Shown: piece by piece, positions 1-8,532 of the stretch
Layout of the letters: each line of letters begins with the position of its first letter
Position numbering within the stretch: the stretch's first letter is position 1
Assembly (NCBI GenBank): GCA_003163855.1
Contig: PLRJ01000087.1
Span: forward strand, 177,296-241,295
Source: Bryobacterales bacterium
GTDB taxonomy: Bacteria > Acidobacteriota > Terriglobia > Bryobacterales > Bryobacteraceae
DNA length: 64,000 bases
Direction: 5' to 3'
Notes under the pieces: model-generated
Seen by the model: the letters and a program-made list of their open reading frames with translations, nothing else
Databases searched by the model: none
What the model was told of the DNA's origin: nothing
Position numbers and translations under genes: made by a program

Positions 1-804
1 CTGCCTGAGCTAGGCGACAGCAGGGCCGATTGGAAGATTACGCAGGATATTGCGCGCAGGTTGGGAGCAAACTGGAACTACCAGCATCCTTCGGAGATTA
101 TGGCGGAAATGGCATCGTTGACGCCGCTCTATGCGGGAGCTCGCTACGACCGTCTGGAGGGATACAACACGCTACAGTGGCCCATTCATGAAGACGGGAG
201 CGACGAGCCGATCCTGTACTTGAACGGCTTTGCCTTCCCGGATAGGAAGGCGCGTCTGTTCCCGCTTAAGTTCCGCGAACCTTCAGACCAGCCTGATTCC
301 GAGTTCGATCTGTTTCTTAATAACGGGCGGCAATTGGAGCATTTCCATGAAGGCAATATGACGCATCGTGTGGCGGGGATCCATTTGGAGAATCCAGAGC
401 GATACGTTGAGATATCGAGTGAACTGGCGGCGCAACGCGGTGTCAAGACCGGCCAGTGGGTACGTCTGGTTAGCCGGCACGGGGCCGTGAAGGTGAAAGC
501 GCTGGTGACCGATCGTGTCTTCGGAAAACAGGTTTACCTGCCGCTTAGTTCGGAGGAAGGCCCGGTGAATGTGCTAACCGGCTCCCAGACGGACTCGGCC
601 ACCAACACGCCCGCCTACAAAGAGACGGCGATCAAGTTGGAGGTTTTGAATGAACATGGGAGCAATCCGCTAAAGATATTGAACTTCCGGTTTAACGGGC
701 ATCCGACGCCGCAAGCGGGCGTCGAGGTGGAACGCAAGTGGAAGCGTAGCGACTACAGAATGCCTGGCACGGATTCGCTGGTTCAGATTCAAACGAAGCA
801 TTAA
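1..804 (+). CDS. fdhA: Formate dehydrogenase alpha subunit (molybdopterin oxidoreductase), C-terminal fragment; the 5' end lies outside the window
   Basis: Frame 1 is open from base 1 (LPELGDSRADWKITQDIARRLGANWNY...), so the listed TTG at 61 is internal. C-terminal molybdopterin-dinucleotide-binding barrel pattern (RYVEISSELAAQRGVKTGQWVRLVSRHGAVKVKALVTDRV...VNVLT). A DUF1641 gene follows, as in Fdh loci. Confidence 0.8.
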   Translation: MPELGDSRADWKITQDIARRLGANWNYQHPSEIMAEMASLTPLYAGARYDRLEGYNTLQWPIHEDGSDEPILYLNGFAFPDRKARLFPLKFREPSDQPDSEFDLFLNNGRQLEHFHEGNMTHRVAGIHLENPERYVEISSELAAQRGVKTGQWVRLVSRHGAVKVKALVTDRVFGKQVYLPLSSEEGPVNVLTGSQTDSATNTPAYKETAIKLEVLNEHGSNPLKILNFRFNGHPTPQAGVEVERKWKRSDYRMPGTDSLVQIQTKH

Positions 805-817
805 GGAATAGACGACG

Positions 818-1252
818 ATGGCACTAGCGGTAGATTTTCGGCAGTTCACGCCTCGTAATTCGCGGGCGGACTTGATCAGGAAGCTGGAGCAGGCGCCGGA
901 GGAGCACGCGGAGGCGCTGCTGTCGGCTTATGACTTGTTGCAGAGGATGCATGAGAAGGGGCTGATTGAGCTGGCTAACGGCTTGCTCAGCGCCAGTGAC
1001 ACGGTTGTGGACAGGGCCGTCGATGTGATCAGCTCGAAGCAGGCGGTTACGGCTTTGCGGGCGCTGTTGATGGTGAGCAATCTGCTTAATTCGATTGATG
1101 CGGATGAGTTGCATAAGCTGCTGGCGGCGACCGATGCCAAGCCGCCTTCGCTGTGGGAGATCGGGAAGCAGGCTATGTCGGCGAATGCACGGCGGGGCAT
1201 GGCAACCGGCGTTGGGTTGCTGAATTTGTTGGGAGCGGCTTTACGTAAGTAG
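818..1252 (+). CDS. DUF1641 domain protein (formate dehydrogenase-associated)
   Basis: 144 aa and helical. The motif ...EALLSAYDLLQRMHEKGLIELANGLL... and the C-terminal GLLNLLGA are typical of DUF1641. Starts 13 nt after the fdhA stop. Confidence 0.7.
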   Translation: MALAVDFRQFTPRNSRADLIRKLEQAPEEHAEALLSAYDLLQRMHEKGLIELANGLLSASDTVVDRAVDVISSKQAVTALRALLMVSNLLNSIDADELHKLLAATDAKPPSLWEIGKQAMSANARRGMATGVGLLNLLGAALRK

Positions 1253-1294
1253 AGCGGCACCATGGAAAGGTCTCGGCAAGCAGGAATGCACCAC

Positions 1295-1807
1295 CTATGG
1301 CGCTATCCATTGTTCGTCGGCGGATGGGCCGTACAAGGCGGGTACAGGGATGTCGTTCAGGCGCAGGTAGACTCCGAGTTGGGCGACATGGTGAATCAGA
1401 TGATCGAAGAACAAAGTCCGAAAAGTGATGGCGCGCGACTTGTTGCTGATCAGGTAATCGCCGAAGCTAAAGCGCCAGACGGCAGCCATCTGCTCATCGG
1501 TGGCTGCCGCGACGGCCGCGCGGCAGCCGGCAACATTCTGATCGAACTGTTTTAAACACTCTTCCCGTGACTTGTAGGTGAGGTCTGCTTGTGGATGCTT
1601 GGAGGCGGCCATGTCCATGCCTTCGTCCTGCATGATGTAGATTCCGAAAAGTGGCATGGTGGCGCAGTGCATGGCGAGCCGGCCCATAGCCATCGACTTG
1701 GCGTGCGGCCGGTAATCGGGCTTGTCCTCCGGGATACGTTCCAGCGTTCGGCGCGTGTTGGACATCTCGACGTCAAAGTCTCCGAGCAGAACCTCTGCTA
1801 TGGTCAT
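1295..1807 (-). CDS. DinB-family (four-helix-bundle metal-binding) protein
   Basis: The spacing of conserved His residues (HAKSM...HC...DHLIHHVAQ) and the size match DinB/YfiT-like proteins. I prefer the ATG at 1807-1805 because it forms an ATGA overlap with the glgB stop at 1809-1807. The listed ORF start at 1825 would overlap glgB by 19 nt. Confidence 0.7.
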   Translation of the reverse strand: MTIAEVLLGDFDVEMSNTRRTLERIPEDKPDYRPHAKSMAMGRLAMHCATMPLFGIYIMQDEGMDMAASKHPQADLTYKSREECLKQFDQNVAGCRAAVAAATDEQMAAVWRFSFGDYLISNKSRAITFRTLFFDHLIHHVAQLGVYLRLNDIPVPALYGPSADEQWIAP

Positions 1808-3702
1808 CACTGATTTCTCTCCCACTTCAAGAACAGTGCGGCTAACGGAGGCAGATCCAGGGTAAGCGATTGCTGGAAGCCATTCAGCGGAATGGGCACC
1901 GACCTTGCTCCGCCGAAATTACCGCGTCCGCTGCCGCCATACACGCTGGCGTCGGTGTTCATCATCTCATGCCAGCATCCTTTGGCGGGTACTCCAATGC
2001 GATAGTTGTCATGCGGCACGGCGCTGAAATTACACACTACTGCCACAAAATTGCCATCACCATCCAGGCGCAGGAAGCTGATGACATTCTTTTCAGCATC
2101 GTTGGCGTCGATCCACTGAAAGCAGGTGCTGCTGGTCTCGTTCTTATAAAGGCACGGTTCCGATCGATAGAGATGGTTGAGATCGCCCACCAGGAGACTT
2201 ATGGCAGCGTGCGGAGCGAGCTTTAAGAGATGCCAATCGAGGCTTGAGTCATGGGCCCATTCGCGCCGCTGGGCGAATTCGCCTCCCATGAAGATCAGTT
2301 TCTTACCGGGCTCGGCAAACATGTAGGCAAACAGCAAGCGCAGATTGGCGAATTTCTTCCAATCGTCGCCGGGCATTTTGCCCAGCAGCGATGCTTTGCC
2401 ATAGACCACTTCATCGTGGGACAGAGGCAGTACGAAATTCTCGTTGAAAGCGTAGACCTGACGGAACGTTAGTTCGCCATGATGAAATTTGCGGTAAACG
2501 GGGTCCAAGGCCATGTATTGCAGGGTGTCGTGCATCCAACCCATGTCCCACTTCATGCCGAATCCGAGGCCGCCCATGAAAACCGGGCGCGAGACCAAGG
2601 GCCAGGCAGTGGATTCTTCGGCAATCGTCTCCACATCGGGATAGGCGCGGTAGATATCTTCATTTAGCCGCTTCAGAAAACTGATAGCTTCCAGATTTTC
2701 GCGGCCGCCATGGATGTTGGGAGTCCATTGACCGGGGCCGCGCGAGTAGTCGAGATACAGCATGGAAGCCACAGCGTCCACGCGCAATCCGTCGGCGTGA
2801 TATTGGCTGAGCCAGAACAGTCCGCTGCTCAACAGGAAGCTGCGAACTTCGTTGCGTCCGTAGTCGAAGGCGAAACTGTTCCAATCGGGCTGAATTCTGC
2901 GGCGTGGATCAGAGGATTCGTACTCGTCGGCGCCGTCGAAGTAGCCGGGGCCATGCTCATCTTGAGGAAAGTGGGAGGGAACCCAATCGAGGATGACGCC
3001 TATGCCGTTCTGATGGAACAGATCAATCAGCGCCATGAAGTCCTGCGGGGTGCCGTATCGGCTGGTGGGGGCGAAGAAGCCGGTAGTCTGATATCCCCAT
3101 GAACCGTAAAACGGATGCTCCATGATGGGCAGCAGTTCCACATGCGTGAAGCCCATCTCCTTGACGTAAGGAATCAACTGCTCCGCTGCTTCTTTGTATG
3201 TCAGGCTGCGATTGTTTTCTTCGGGTACGCGCCGCCAGGATCCGAGATGCACTTCATAGATGGAGATAGGCGCATCCAGACCGTTGTTGGCGCGGCGGTT
3301 CGCCATCCAATCGTCATCGTGCCATTGATAACTCAGATCCCAGACGATGGATGCATTTTGCGGTGGCGTCTCATTGAAGAAGCTGTAGGGATCGGCCTTG
3401 TCTGCGTGAAATCCGGATGCATTTTCGACGTGATATTTGTAGTGCGCGCCCGGATAGGCTCCCGGAATAAAAAGCTGCCAGATGCCGCCGTCGGAGCGCT
3501 GCATGTAGGAAGCGCCGGTGTTCCAATTGTTGAAGGTGCCGATTACGGAAACGGATTTGGCGGCTGGCGCCCAGACAGCAAACTGAGTGCCGCCGCGCTC
3601 AGGAAAAAAGTGAGCCCCTAGAACGTCTGAAAGTTTTGTATGTGTGCCCTCGCGTAAAAGATAAATATCGTCTTCAGTTAAATAGCGGCTGATAGTTGCC
3701 AT
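1807..3702 (-). CDS. glgB: 1,4-alpha-glucan branching enzyme, short form (631 aa)
   Basis: GH13_9 motifs: CBM48 start [70 protein letters not shown]. Confidence 0.95.
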   Translation of the reverse strand: MATISRYLTEDDIYLLREGTHTKLSDVLGAHFFPERGGTQFAVWAPAAKSVSVIGTFNNWNTGASYMQRSDGGIWQLFIPGAYPGAHYKYHVENASGFHADKADPYSFFNETPPQNASIVWDLSYQWHDDDWMANRRANNGLDAPISIYEVHLGSWRRVPEENNRSLTYKEAAEQLIPYVKEMGFTHVELLPIMEHPFYGSWGYQTTGFFAPTSRYGTPQDFMALIDLFHQNGIGVILDWVPSHFPQDEHGPGYFDGADEYESSDPRRRIQPDWNSFAFDYGRNEVRSFLLSSGLFWLSQYHADGLRVDAVASMLYLDYSRGPGQWTPNIHGGRENLEAISFLKRLNEDIYRAYPDVETIAEESTAWPLVSRPVFMGGLGFGMKWDMGWMHDTLQYMALDPVYRKFHHGELTFRQVYAFNENFVLPLSHDEVVYGKASLLGKMPGDDWKKFANLRLLFAYMFAEPGKKLIFMGGEFAQRREWAHDSSLDWHLLKLAPHAAISLLVGDLNHLYRSEPCLYKNETSSTCFQWIDANDAEKNVISFLRLDGDGNFVAVVCNFSAVPHDNYRIGVPAKGCWHEMMNTDASVYGGSGRGNFGGARSVPIPLNGFQQSLTLDLPPLAALFLKWERNQ

Positions 3703-3714
3703 TTTTTGGTTTTG

Positions 3715-5256
3715 TTATTCCACCAAGCTTAGAATGCCGCGAATGGGAATGCCGACCCAGCCCGGACGGTTGTTCAATTCGTAGGAAACTTCGTAGAGAG
3801 CCTTCTGCAGAAGAAAGGCGTTCAACAAAGCGTAGCGCTCCTGTTCGGAGGCTGGCGCGAACGAATGACCTGCAGCGTGCTGAAAATAGGCGTTCAAGTA
3901 AGCGGCGCTGACCCAGCCGTTCCATACGTCGGCCCACTCTTCCACTTTGCGCAGGCTCTCTGTGTCGTTGGGAACGCTGGGAATCAGCCCGAAAGATGCG
4001 GCGTACGCGGCATAGTGAAACGAGCGGACCATGCCGGCAACGTCTTTCAGCGCCAGGGTCTTGCCGCGCCGGTGCGCCAAGGGCCGGGCAGGCTCGCCTT
4101 CGAAGTCGATGATCATGAAATCGGCGCCCGTGTAAAGCACTTGCCCGAGGTGATAGTCACCATGATGTCTTATGCGCGAGGCGGCGACGGGCTCCGTTTT
4201 CAAGCAGGAGAATCGCCCCAGGATTTCACTTTCATAGAGCAGCAAAGTAGGCGATGCATCTTTTTCTCGCACCAAGGCTAAGGTAGATAAGGCCTGAGTG
4301 ACCATCTCTTCCTGAAGGGCTTCGGCGTCGGAAGGCGCAAATGGCTCGGGAACGAAAGCGCCCTCTTTCGACGAGGATAGGGCAATATGCAACTCCGCAG
4401 TTCGCTGGCCTAGTAAGGCAGCCGATTGCAGGTAAGGGCCAATGAGCTGGGCGACATCAGATGGAGGCGGCAGTTTCATCAGCTGCAAAATGTTCTGCGT
4501 CGGAAGAGACGGCTGGATGGTGTTGGTAGCAGCCAGGGCCCGGCCGAAGAATGCACCCAGGGAATCGAGCGTGTGCTTCCAGGCGTCGCCTTGATTGGGA
4601 ACAAACTCCTGCAAAAGCGCCGCTGCATAGGATGCAGTGTCCGTTTTATATTCCATCAGTCCCAGGACCGATGGCGTGTTGGGAAACTTGTGGCGGGTTA
4701 GATATTGGCCTATTTCGATATCGGGATTGATTCCGGCTTCAAGCTTGCGAAACAGCTTGGTGATGTAGCGGTCGCCGTAAATGATTGATGAATTGCTTTG
4801 CTCCGCGCGCGAAATGCGGCTGTCGGGCACCGTCGTCATATGCGCGCACTCGGTCTGAAAATAGGCGCTGGGCTCAGCCACAAATTCGCCGAACTGCCCA
4901 GGAAAGCTGGCTCCGCATGCCAGCGACTTGAAGAGAAGATCGCGAAAACCGCGCTCCGACAGGGCGCCATAAACCGTGACGTCCACGCCGTCTTCGGTCT
5001 CGAGTGTGGCTATTACGTCTTCGAACTCACCTTGATGGGCAGATGACGTAGCGGGCACCAGATAGCTGTCCGTTTCGCCATCTTCAAACTGCACCTGGGC
5101 TAGCAGAATCAAGAAACCGTTAGCCGTGGCGACATCCTGGATGTGAACGGAGACAAGTTGCCGGGCTTTCGATCGATACCAGCGGCGGTTGACCAGGAAT
5201 ACCGGGAGGGCTTGCTGTATCTGCAGCAAAAAGGGGTCGATGATGGTAGAGCCCAT
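3715..5256 (-). CDS. mak: Maltokinase (maltose to maltose-1-phosphate), Pep2/Mak family
   Basis: Aminoglycoside-phosphotransferase-like catalytic loop HGDYHLGQVLYTGADFMIIDFEGEP. The N-terminal cap RRWYRSK is typical of maltokinases. Lies between glgE and glgB. Confidence 0.85.
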   Translation of the reverse strand: MGSTIIDPFLLQIQQALPVFLVNRRWYRSKARQLVSVHIQDVATANGFLILLAQVQFEDGETDSYLVPATSSAHQGEFEDVIATLETEDGVDVTVYGALSERGFRDLLFKSLACGASFPGQFGEFVAEPSAYFQTECAHMTTVPDSRISRAEQSNSSIIYGDRYITKLFRKLEAGINPDIEIGQYLTRHKFPNTPSVLGLMEYKTDTASYAAALLQEFVPNQGDAWKHTLDSLGAFFGRALAATNTIQPSLPTQNILQLMKLPPPSDVAQLIGPYLQSAALLGQRTAELHIALSSSKEGAFVPEPFAPSDAEALQEEMVTQALSTLALVREKDASPTLLLYESEILGRFSCLKTEPVAASRIRHHGDYHLGQVLYTGADFMIIDFEGEPARPLAHRRGKTLALKDVAGMVRSFHYAAYAASFGLIPSVPNDTESLRKVEEWADVWNGWVSAAYLNAYFQHAAGHSFAPASEQERYALLNAFLLQKALYEVSYELNNRPGWVGIPIRGILSLVE

Positions 5257-5288
5257 ACGCGTAAGACACCGGATGGTGGCTTAGGCTT

Positions 5289-7286
5289 TCAATCGAAGTA
5301 CTCGAAATCGGTTTCGGTGCGGACGCGCCGCCGAAGACGGAAGATATGTGCCGGCACACTGAAGGGATTGAGTTCGACATACGCGCGCGGACCCTTCCAC
5401 AGGTAGCGTGCGCCGGTTAACAGGTCGTTTGCCTGATAGGGCTGGCTGCCGTCTATTTTCAACTGATCAAGATTAAGATCTAGAATTCCCGATTGGACAT
5501 GATAGGGGTCCAGATTTACCACGGTAAGGATGACGTTTGCGGCGTCGGAAGAGCGTTTACTAAAGCAGATCAATTGATCGTTGTTTACAGGATGGAATTC
5601 AAGCGAAGCATCGCTCTGCATAGCGGCGTTCTCCCGCCGGATACGGTTCACCGCCGCTATTAACTCGCGCAAACTGTCGGGCCGTTCCAGGTTCCAGTGC
5701 CGGACCTGATACTTTTCCGAATCCAGATACTCTTCGCTTCCCTGCTTGATCGGCTTGCTTTCCATCAGTTCAAAGGCAGGCCCGTAAATGCCATAATTTG
5801 AACCCAAGGTGGCCGCAAGCAGGAAGCGGATCATGAAAGCAGGCCGCGTGCCCAACTGCAGAAACTCAGTGAGGATGTCGGGAGTGTTGGGCCATTGATT
5901 GGGGCGGAAAAACTCCTTTACCGGCGTTTTTGTCAGTTCCGTCAGATAAGCGGTTAACTCCACCTTGCCATTGCGCCAGGGGAAGTAAGTATAGGACTGA
6001 CTGAAGCCAATTTTCGCCAGGCGGTACATGATCTTGGGCCGCGTGAAGGCTTCCGAAAGGAACAGGACCTCGGGACATTCGCGTTTCAACTCGGCGATGC
6101 ACCACTCCCAGAAGGGAAAGGCCTTGGTATGCGGATTATCTACGCGGAAAATGCGAACGCCCTGCTGGATCCAAAAGCTGAAGACGCTTTTCAGCTCGGT
6201 CCACATGCCTTGCCAATCGACTGTTTCAAAATCGAAGGGATAGATGTCCTGGTATTTTTTCGGCGGATTCTCAGCGTATTGGATGGTTCCGTCAGGACGC
6301 TTGCGAAACCACTCCTCGTGTTCTTTGACATAGGGATGGTCAGGCGCGGCTTGAAAGGCGATGTCTAAAGCAATCTGAATGCCTAGGCTTTGCGCCTTGG
6401 CAACCAGGCTGCGAAACTCATCTAGCGTGCCTAACTGGGGATGGATGGCCTTGTGTCCGCCTTCAGCGGCGCCGATGGCCCAGGGACTGCCGGCGTCGTC
6501 CAGCTCAGCCACTACGCTGTTGTTCTTGCCTTTGCGAAACTGCACGCCGATGGGATGAATGGGCGGCAGATAGAGGACATCGAAACCGAGTTCGGCCACA
6601 TAAGGGAGGCGCGCTTCGCAATCGGCAAAGGTGCCGTGTTGGCCTTCAATGGGCGCAGTGGAACGCGGGAAGAATTCGTACCAGGCGCTGAAGCGCGCGC
6701 GGACGGGGTCGACGGTGAGCGGGAGGATGTGATCGAGTTCGGTCGCAAAACGGCGGTCCGGATAACGCAGTACTAAAGAATGAAGCGACGACTCGGTGGC
6801 TGCTGTGCGTAAGGCTTCCAGGCTATCTTCGCTCCGAAGCAGTTCCGCAGTTTCTTTCAAGTTTGCGGCATCTCCGCCCTTGGCGCGCTCGCCGGCTTCC
6901 GTGATCAGATTCGCACCGATCAGATAATCGAGCTTCGTATCGGTCAAGGCGTTGATGCGCTTCAATAGATCGCGATGCCACGTTTCCCAATGATCGACCC
7001 ACGCATGGACCGTGTATTCATAGCGGCCCAGTTCTTCCACCAGGAAGGAAGCTGTCCAGCGGTCATTGTTTAGAAAGGTGAAGGGAGTCTCGCGCCAACT
7101 GGTTTCGCCTGCATGGCGGTAAAGCAGCACGCCGGCCACGGAATCGTGACCGTCGGTAAAGATGTCCGCTTCCACCACCACTGAGTCGCCGACGCTTCGC
7201 TTGGCGGGGAAACGGCCGCCATCCACCTCCGGCGTTACACTCTCGATAATTACACGTTGTCGTCCGTCTAATCGCGGCTTTTCCAT
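5289..7286 (-). CDS. glgE: Alpha-1,4-glucan:maltose-1-phosphate maltosyltransferase
   Basis: N-terminal VIIESVTPEVDGGRFPAKR, FRVDNPHTKAFPFWEWCI and FLSEAFTRPKIMYRLAKIGFSQSYTYF are GlgE hallmarks. Confidence 0.95.
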   Translation of the reverse strand: MEKPRLDGRQRVIIESVTPEVDGGRFPAKRSVGDSVVVEADIFTDGHDSVAGVLLYRHAGETSWRETPFTFLNNDRWTASFLVEELGRYEYTVHAWVDHWETWHRDLLKRINALTDTKLDYLIGANLITEAGERAKGGDAANLKETAELLRSEDSLEALRTAATESSLHSLVLRYPDRRFATELDHILPLTVDPVRARFSAWYEFFPRSTAPIEGQHGTFADCEARLPYVAELGFDVLYLPPIHPIGVQFRKGKNNSVVAELDDAGSPWAIGAAEGGHKAIHPQLGTLDEFRSLVAKAQSLGIQIALDIAFQAAPDHPYVKEHEEWFRKRPDGTIQYAENPPKKYQDIYPFDFETVDWQGMWTELKSVFSFWIQQGVRIFRVDNPHTKAFPFWEWCIAELKRECPEVLFLSEAFTRPKIMYRLAKIGFSQSYTYFPWRNGKVELTAYLTELTKTPVKEFFRPNQWPNTPDILTEFLQLGTRPAFMIRFLLAATLGSNYGIYGPAFELMESKPIKQGSEEYLDSEKYQVRHWNLERPDSLRELIAAVNRIRRENAAMQSDASLEFHPVNNDQLICFSKRSSDAANVILTVVNLDPYHVQSGILDLNLDQLKIDGSQPYQANDLLTGARYLWKGPRAYVELNPFSVPAHIFRLRRRVRTETDFEYFD

Positions 7287-7290
7287 GTTG

Positions 7291-8502
7291 TTAACCTTTG
7301 CTGATTAGATGGCTATAGAGGTCGATTGTTTGGTCCGCAATTGCCGTCCAACTGAAAATATCTTCGACGCGCTTTCTTCCAGCCTCGCCGAAACGTTTGC
7401 ATTTCGGTTCGTCAGCCAGCAGATCGTTGATTCGCGCCGCCAAGTCGCGCGCGAACTTTTCGGGGTGAACGGGAAAGCTGGTGGCTGGGTCCTGCTCAAA
7501 TGGCACTAAGAAGCCGGTTTCGTTATCGACCACCACTTCCTTGATTCCGCCGGTGGCGCTGGCTACGACGGGCGCGTGGCAGGCCATGGCTTCCAGGTTG
7601 ATGATGCCAAAGGGCTCGTAGACGGAGGGGCAGCAGAACACGCGCGCGTTGCTGTAGAGCTGAATGACTTCGGGTTTTGTAACCATTTTTTCAATCCAGA
7701 GAATGCGCGGATTCTGTTTGCGTGCCTCGGTCACCTTGGCGCGCATTTCAGCGGCGATCTCAGGGGTGTCGGGCGCTCCGGCACAAAGAACAACCTGCGT
7801 GTCTTTCGGCAGGTATTGAATGGCTTCCACCAGGTGCGTTACGCCTTTCTGGCGGGTGATGCGCCCGACGAAAAGCACGTAAGGCTGCGTTTTATCGACG
7901 CCATATTTGTCTAACGCGTCGGTGTTCGACGCCGGTCGATATTCTTCTAGGTCAATCCCGTTGTAGATGACATGTATGCGCGAGGGATCAATCGCCGGAT
8001 AGGCGCGGACGATGTCTTCGCGCGTGCCTTCCGAAACCGCAATGACTGCGTCGGCATCAAGAATGGCCGTTTTTTCAATCCAGGAACTCATGGCGTAACC
8101 GCTTCCCAGTTGCTCGGCTTTCCAGGCGCGCAAGGGCTCCAGGCTGTGCGTGGTCAGGACGAAGGGAATGTTGTAGAGCTTCTTGGCCAGAAATCCCGCC
8201 ATGGAGGCGTACCAGGTGTGGGTATGCGCCACATCCACGCCCGACAGCGCCTTAACTTGAGTTAGATTCAGGCTGACAGTTTCGAGCGCGGTCTTGAATT
8301 TGCCCTCGGTGCCTTCGCTGATTTCCTTCCAGGGTTCGGAGCCGCGGACGTGAAGTGGGCCGTTGTCGGTGTTCTGGTCTCCCCAGCAATGAACGTCAAC
8401 TTCAATTTTCTTGGCCAGTTCCCTGCTGAGATACTCAACATGGACTCCGGCGCCACCGTAGACGTTGGGTGGGTATTCGCGGGTAAATAAGGCAGCTCGC
8501 AT
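7291..8502 (-). CDS. glgM: GT4 glucosyltransferase of the Corynebacterium/Mycobacterium 'GlgA' type (alpha-maltose-1-phosphate synthase GlgM-like)
   Basis: N-terminus MRAALFTREYPPNVYGGAGVHVEYLSRELAK closely resembles mycobacterial Rv1212c-type enzymes. GT-B fold motifs are present (FVGRITRQKG, EPFGIINLEAMA). Ends 4 nt upstream of the glgE start. Confidence 0.8.
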   Translation of the reverse strand: MRAALFTREYPPNVYGGAGVHVEYLSRELAKKIEVDVHCWGDQNTDNGPLHVRGSEPWKEISEGTEGKFKTALETVSLNLTQVKALSGVDVAHTHTWYASMAGFLAKKLYNIPFVLTTHSLEPLRAWKAEQLGSGYAMSSWIEKTAILDADAVIAVSEGTREDIVRAYPAIDPSRIHVIYNGIDLEEYRPASNTDALDKYGVDKTQPYVLFVGRITRQKGVTHLVEAIQYLPKDTQVVLCAGAPDTPEIAAEMRAKVTEARKQNPRILWIEKMVTKPEVIQLYSNARVFCCPSVYEPFGIINLEAMACHAPVVASATGGIKEVVVDNETGFLVPFEQDPATSFPVHPEKFARDLAARINDLLADEPKCKRFGEAGRKRVEDIFSWTAIADQTIDLYSHLISKG

Positions 8503-8532
8503 GGCTCATCCGAAGCTATCATGCGCACTATG

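Noticed and set aside
1262-1555. A plus-strand 97-aa ORF after the DUF1641 gene
   Set aside because: It is antisense to the DinB-family gene, which has recognisable family features. It has no SD or domain signal.
2479-2667. A shared peptide, [10 protein letters not shown], in antisense ORFs of both glgB genes (also 16696-17328) that looked like a conserved hidden gene
   Set aside because: It is simply the reverse-complement reading of the conserved GlgB motif MKW(D/N)MGWMHD present in both paralogues. It is not evidence for an overlapping gene.
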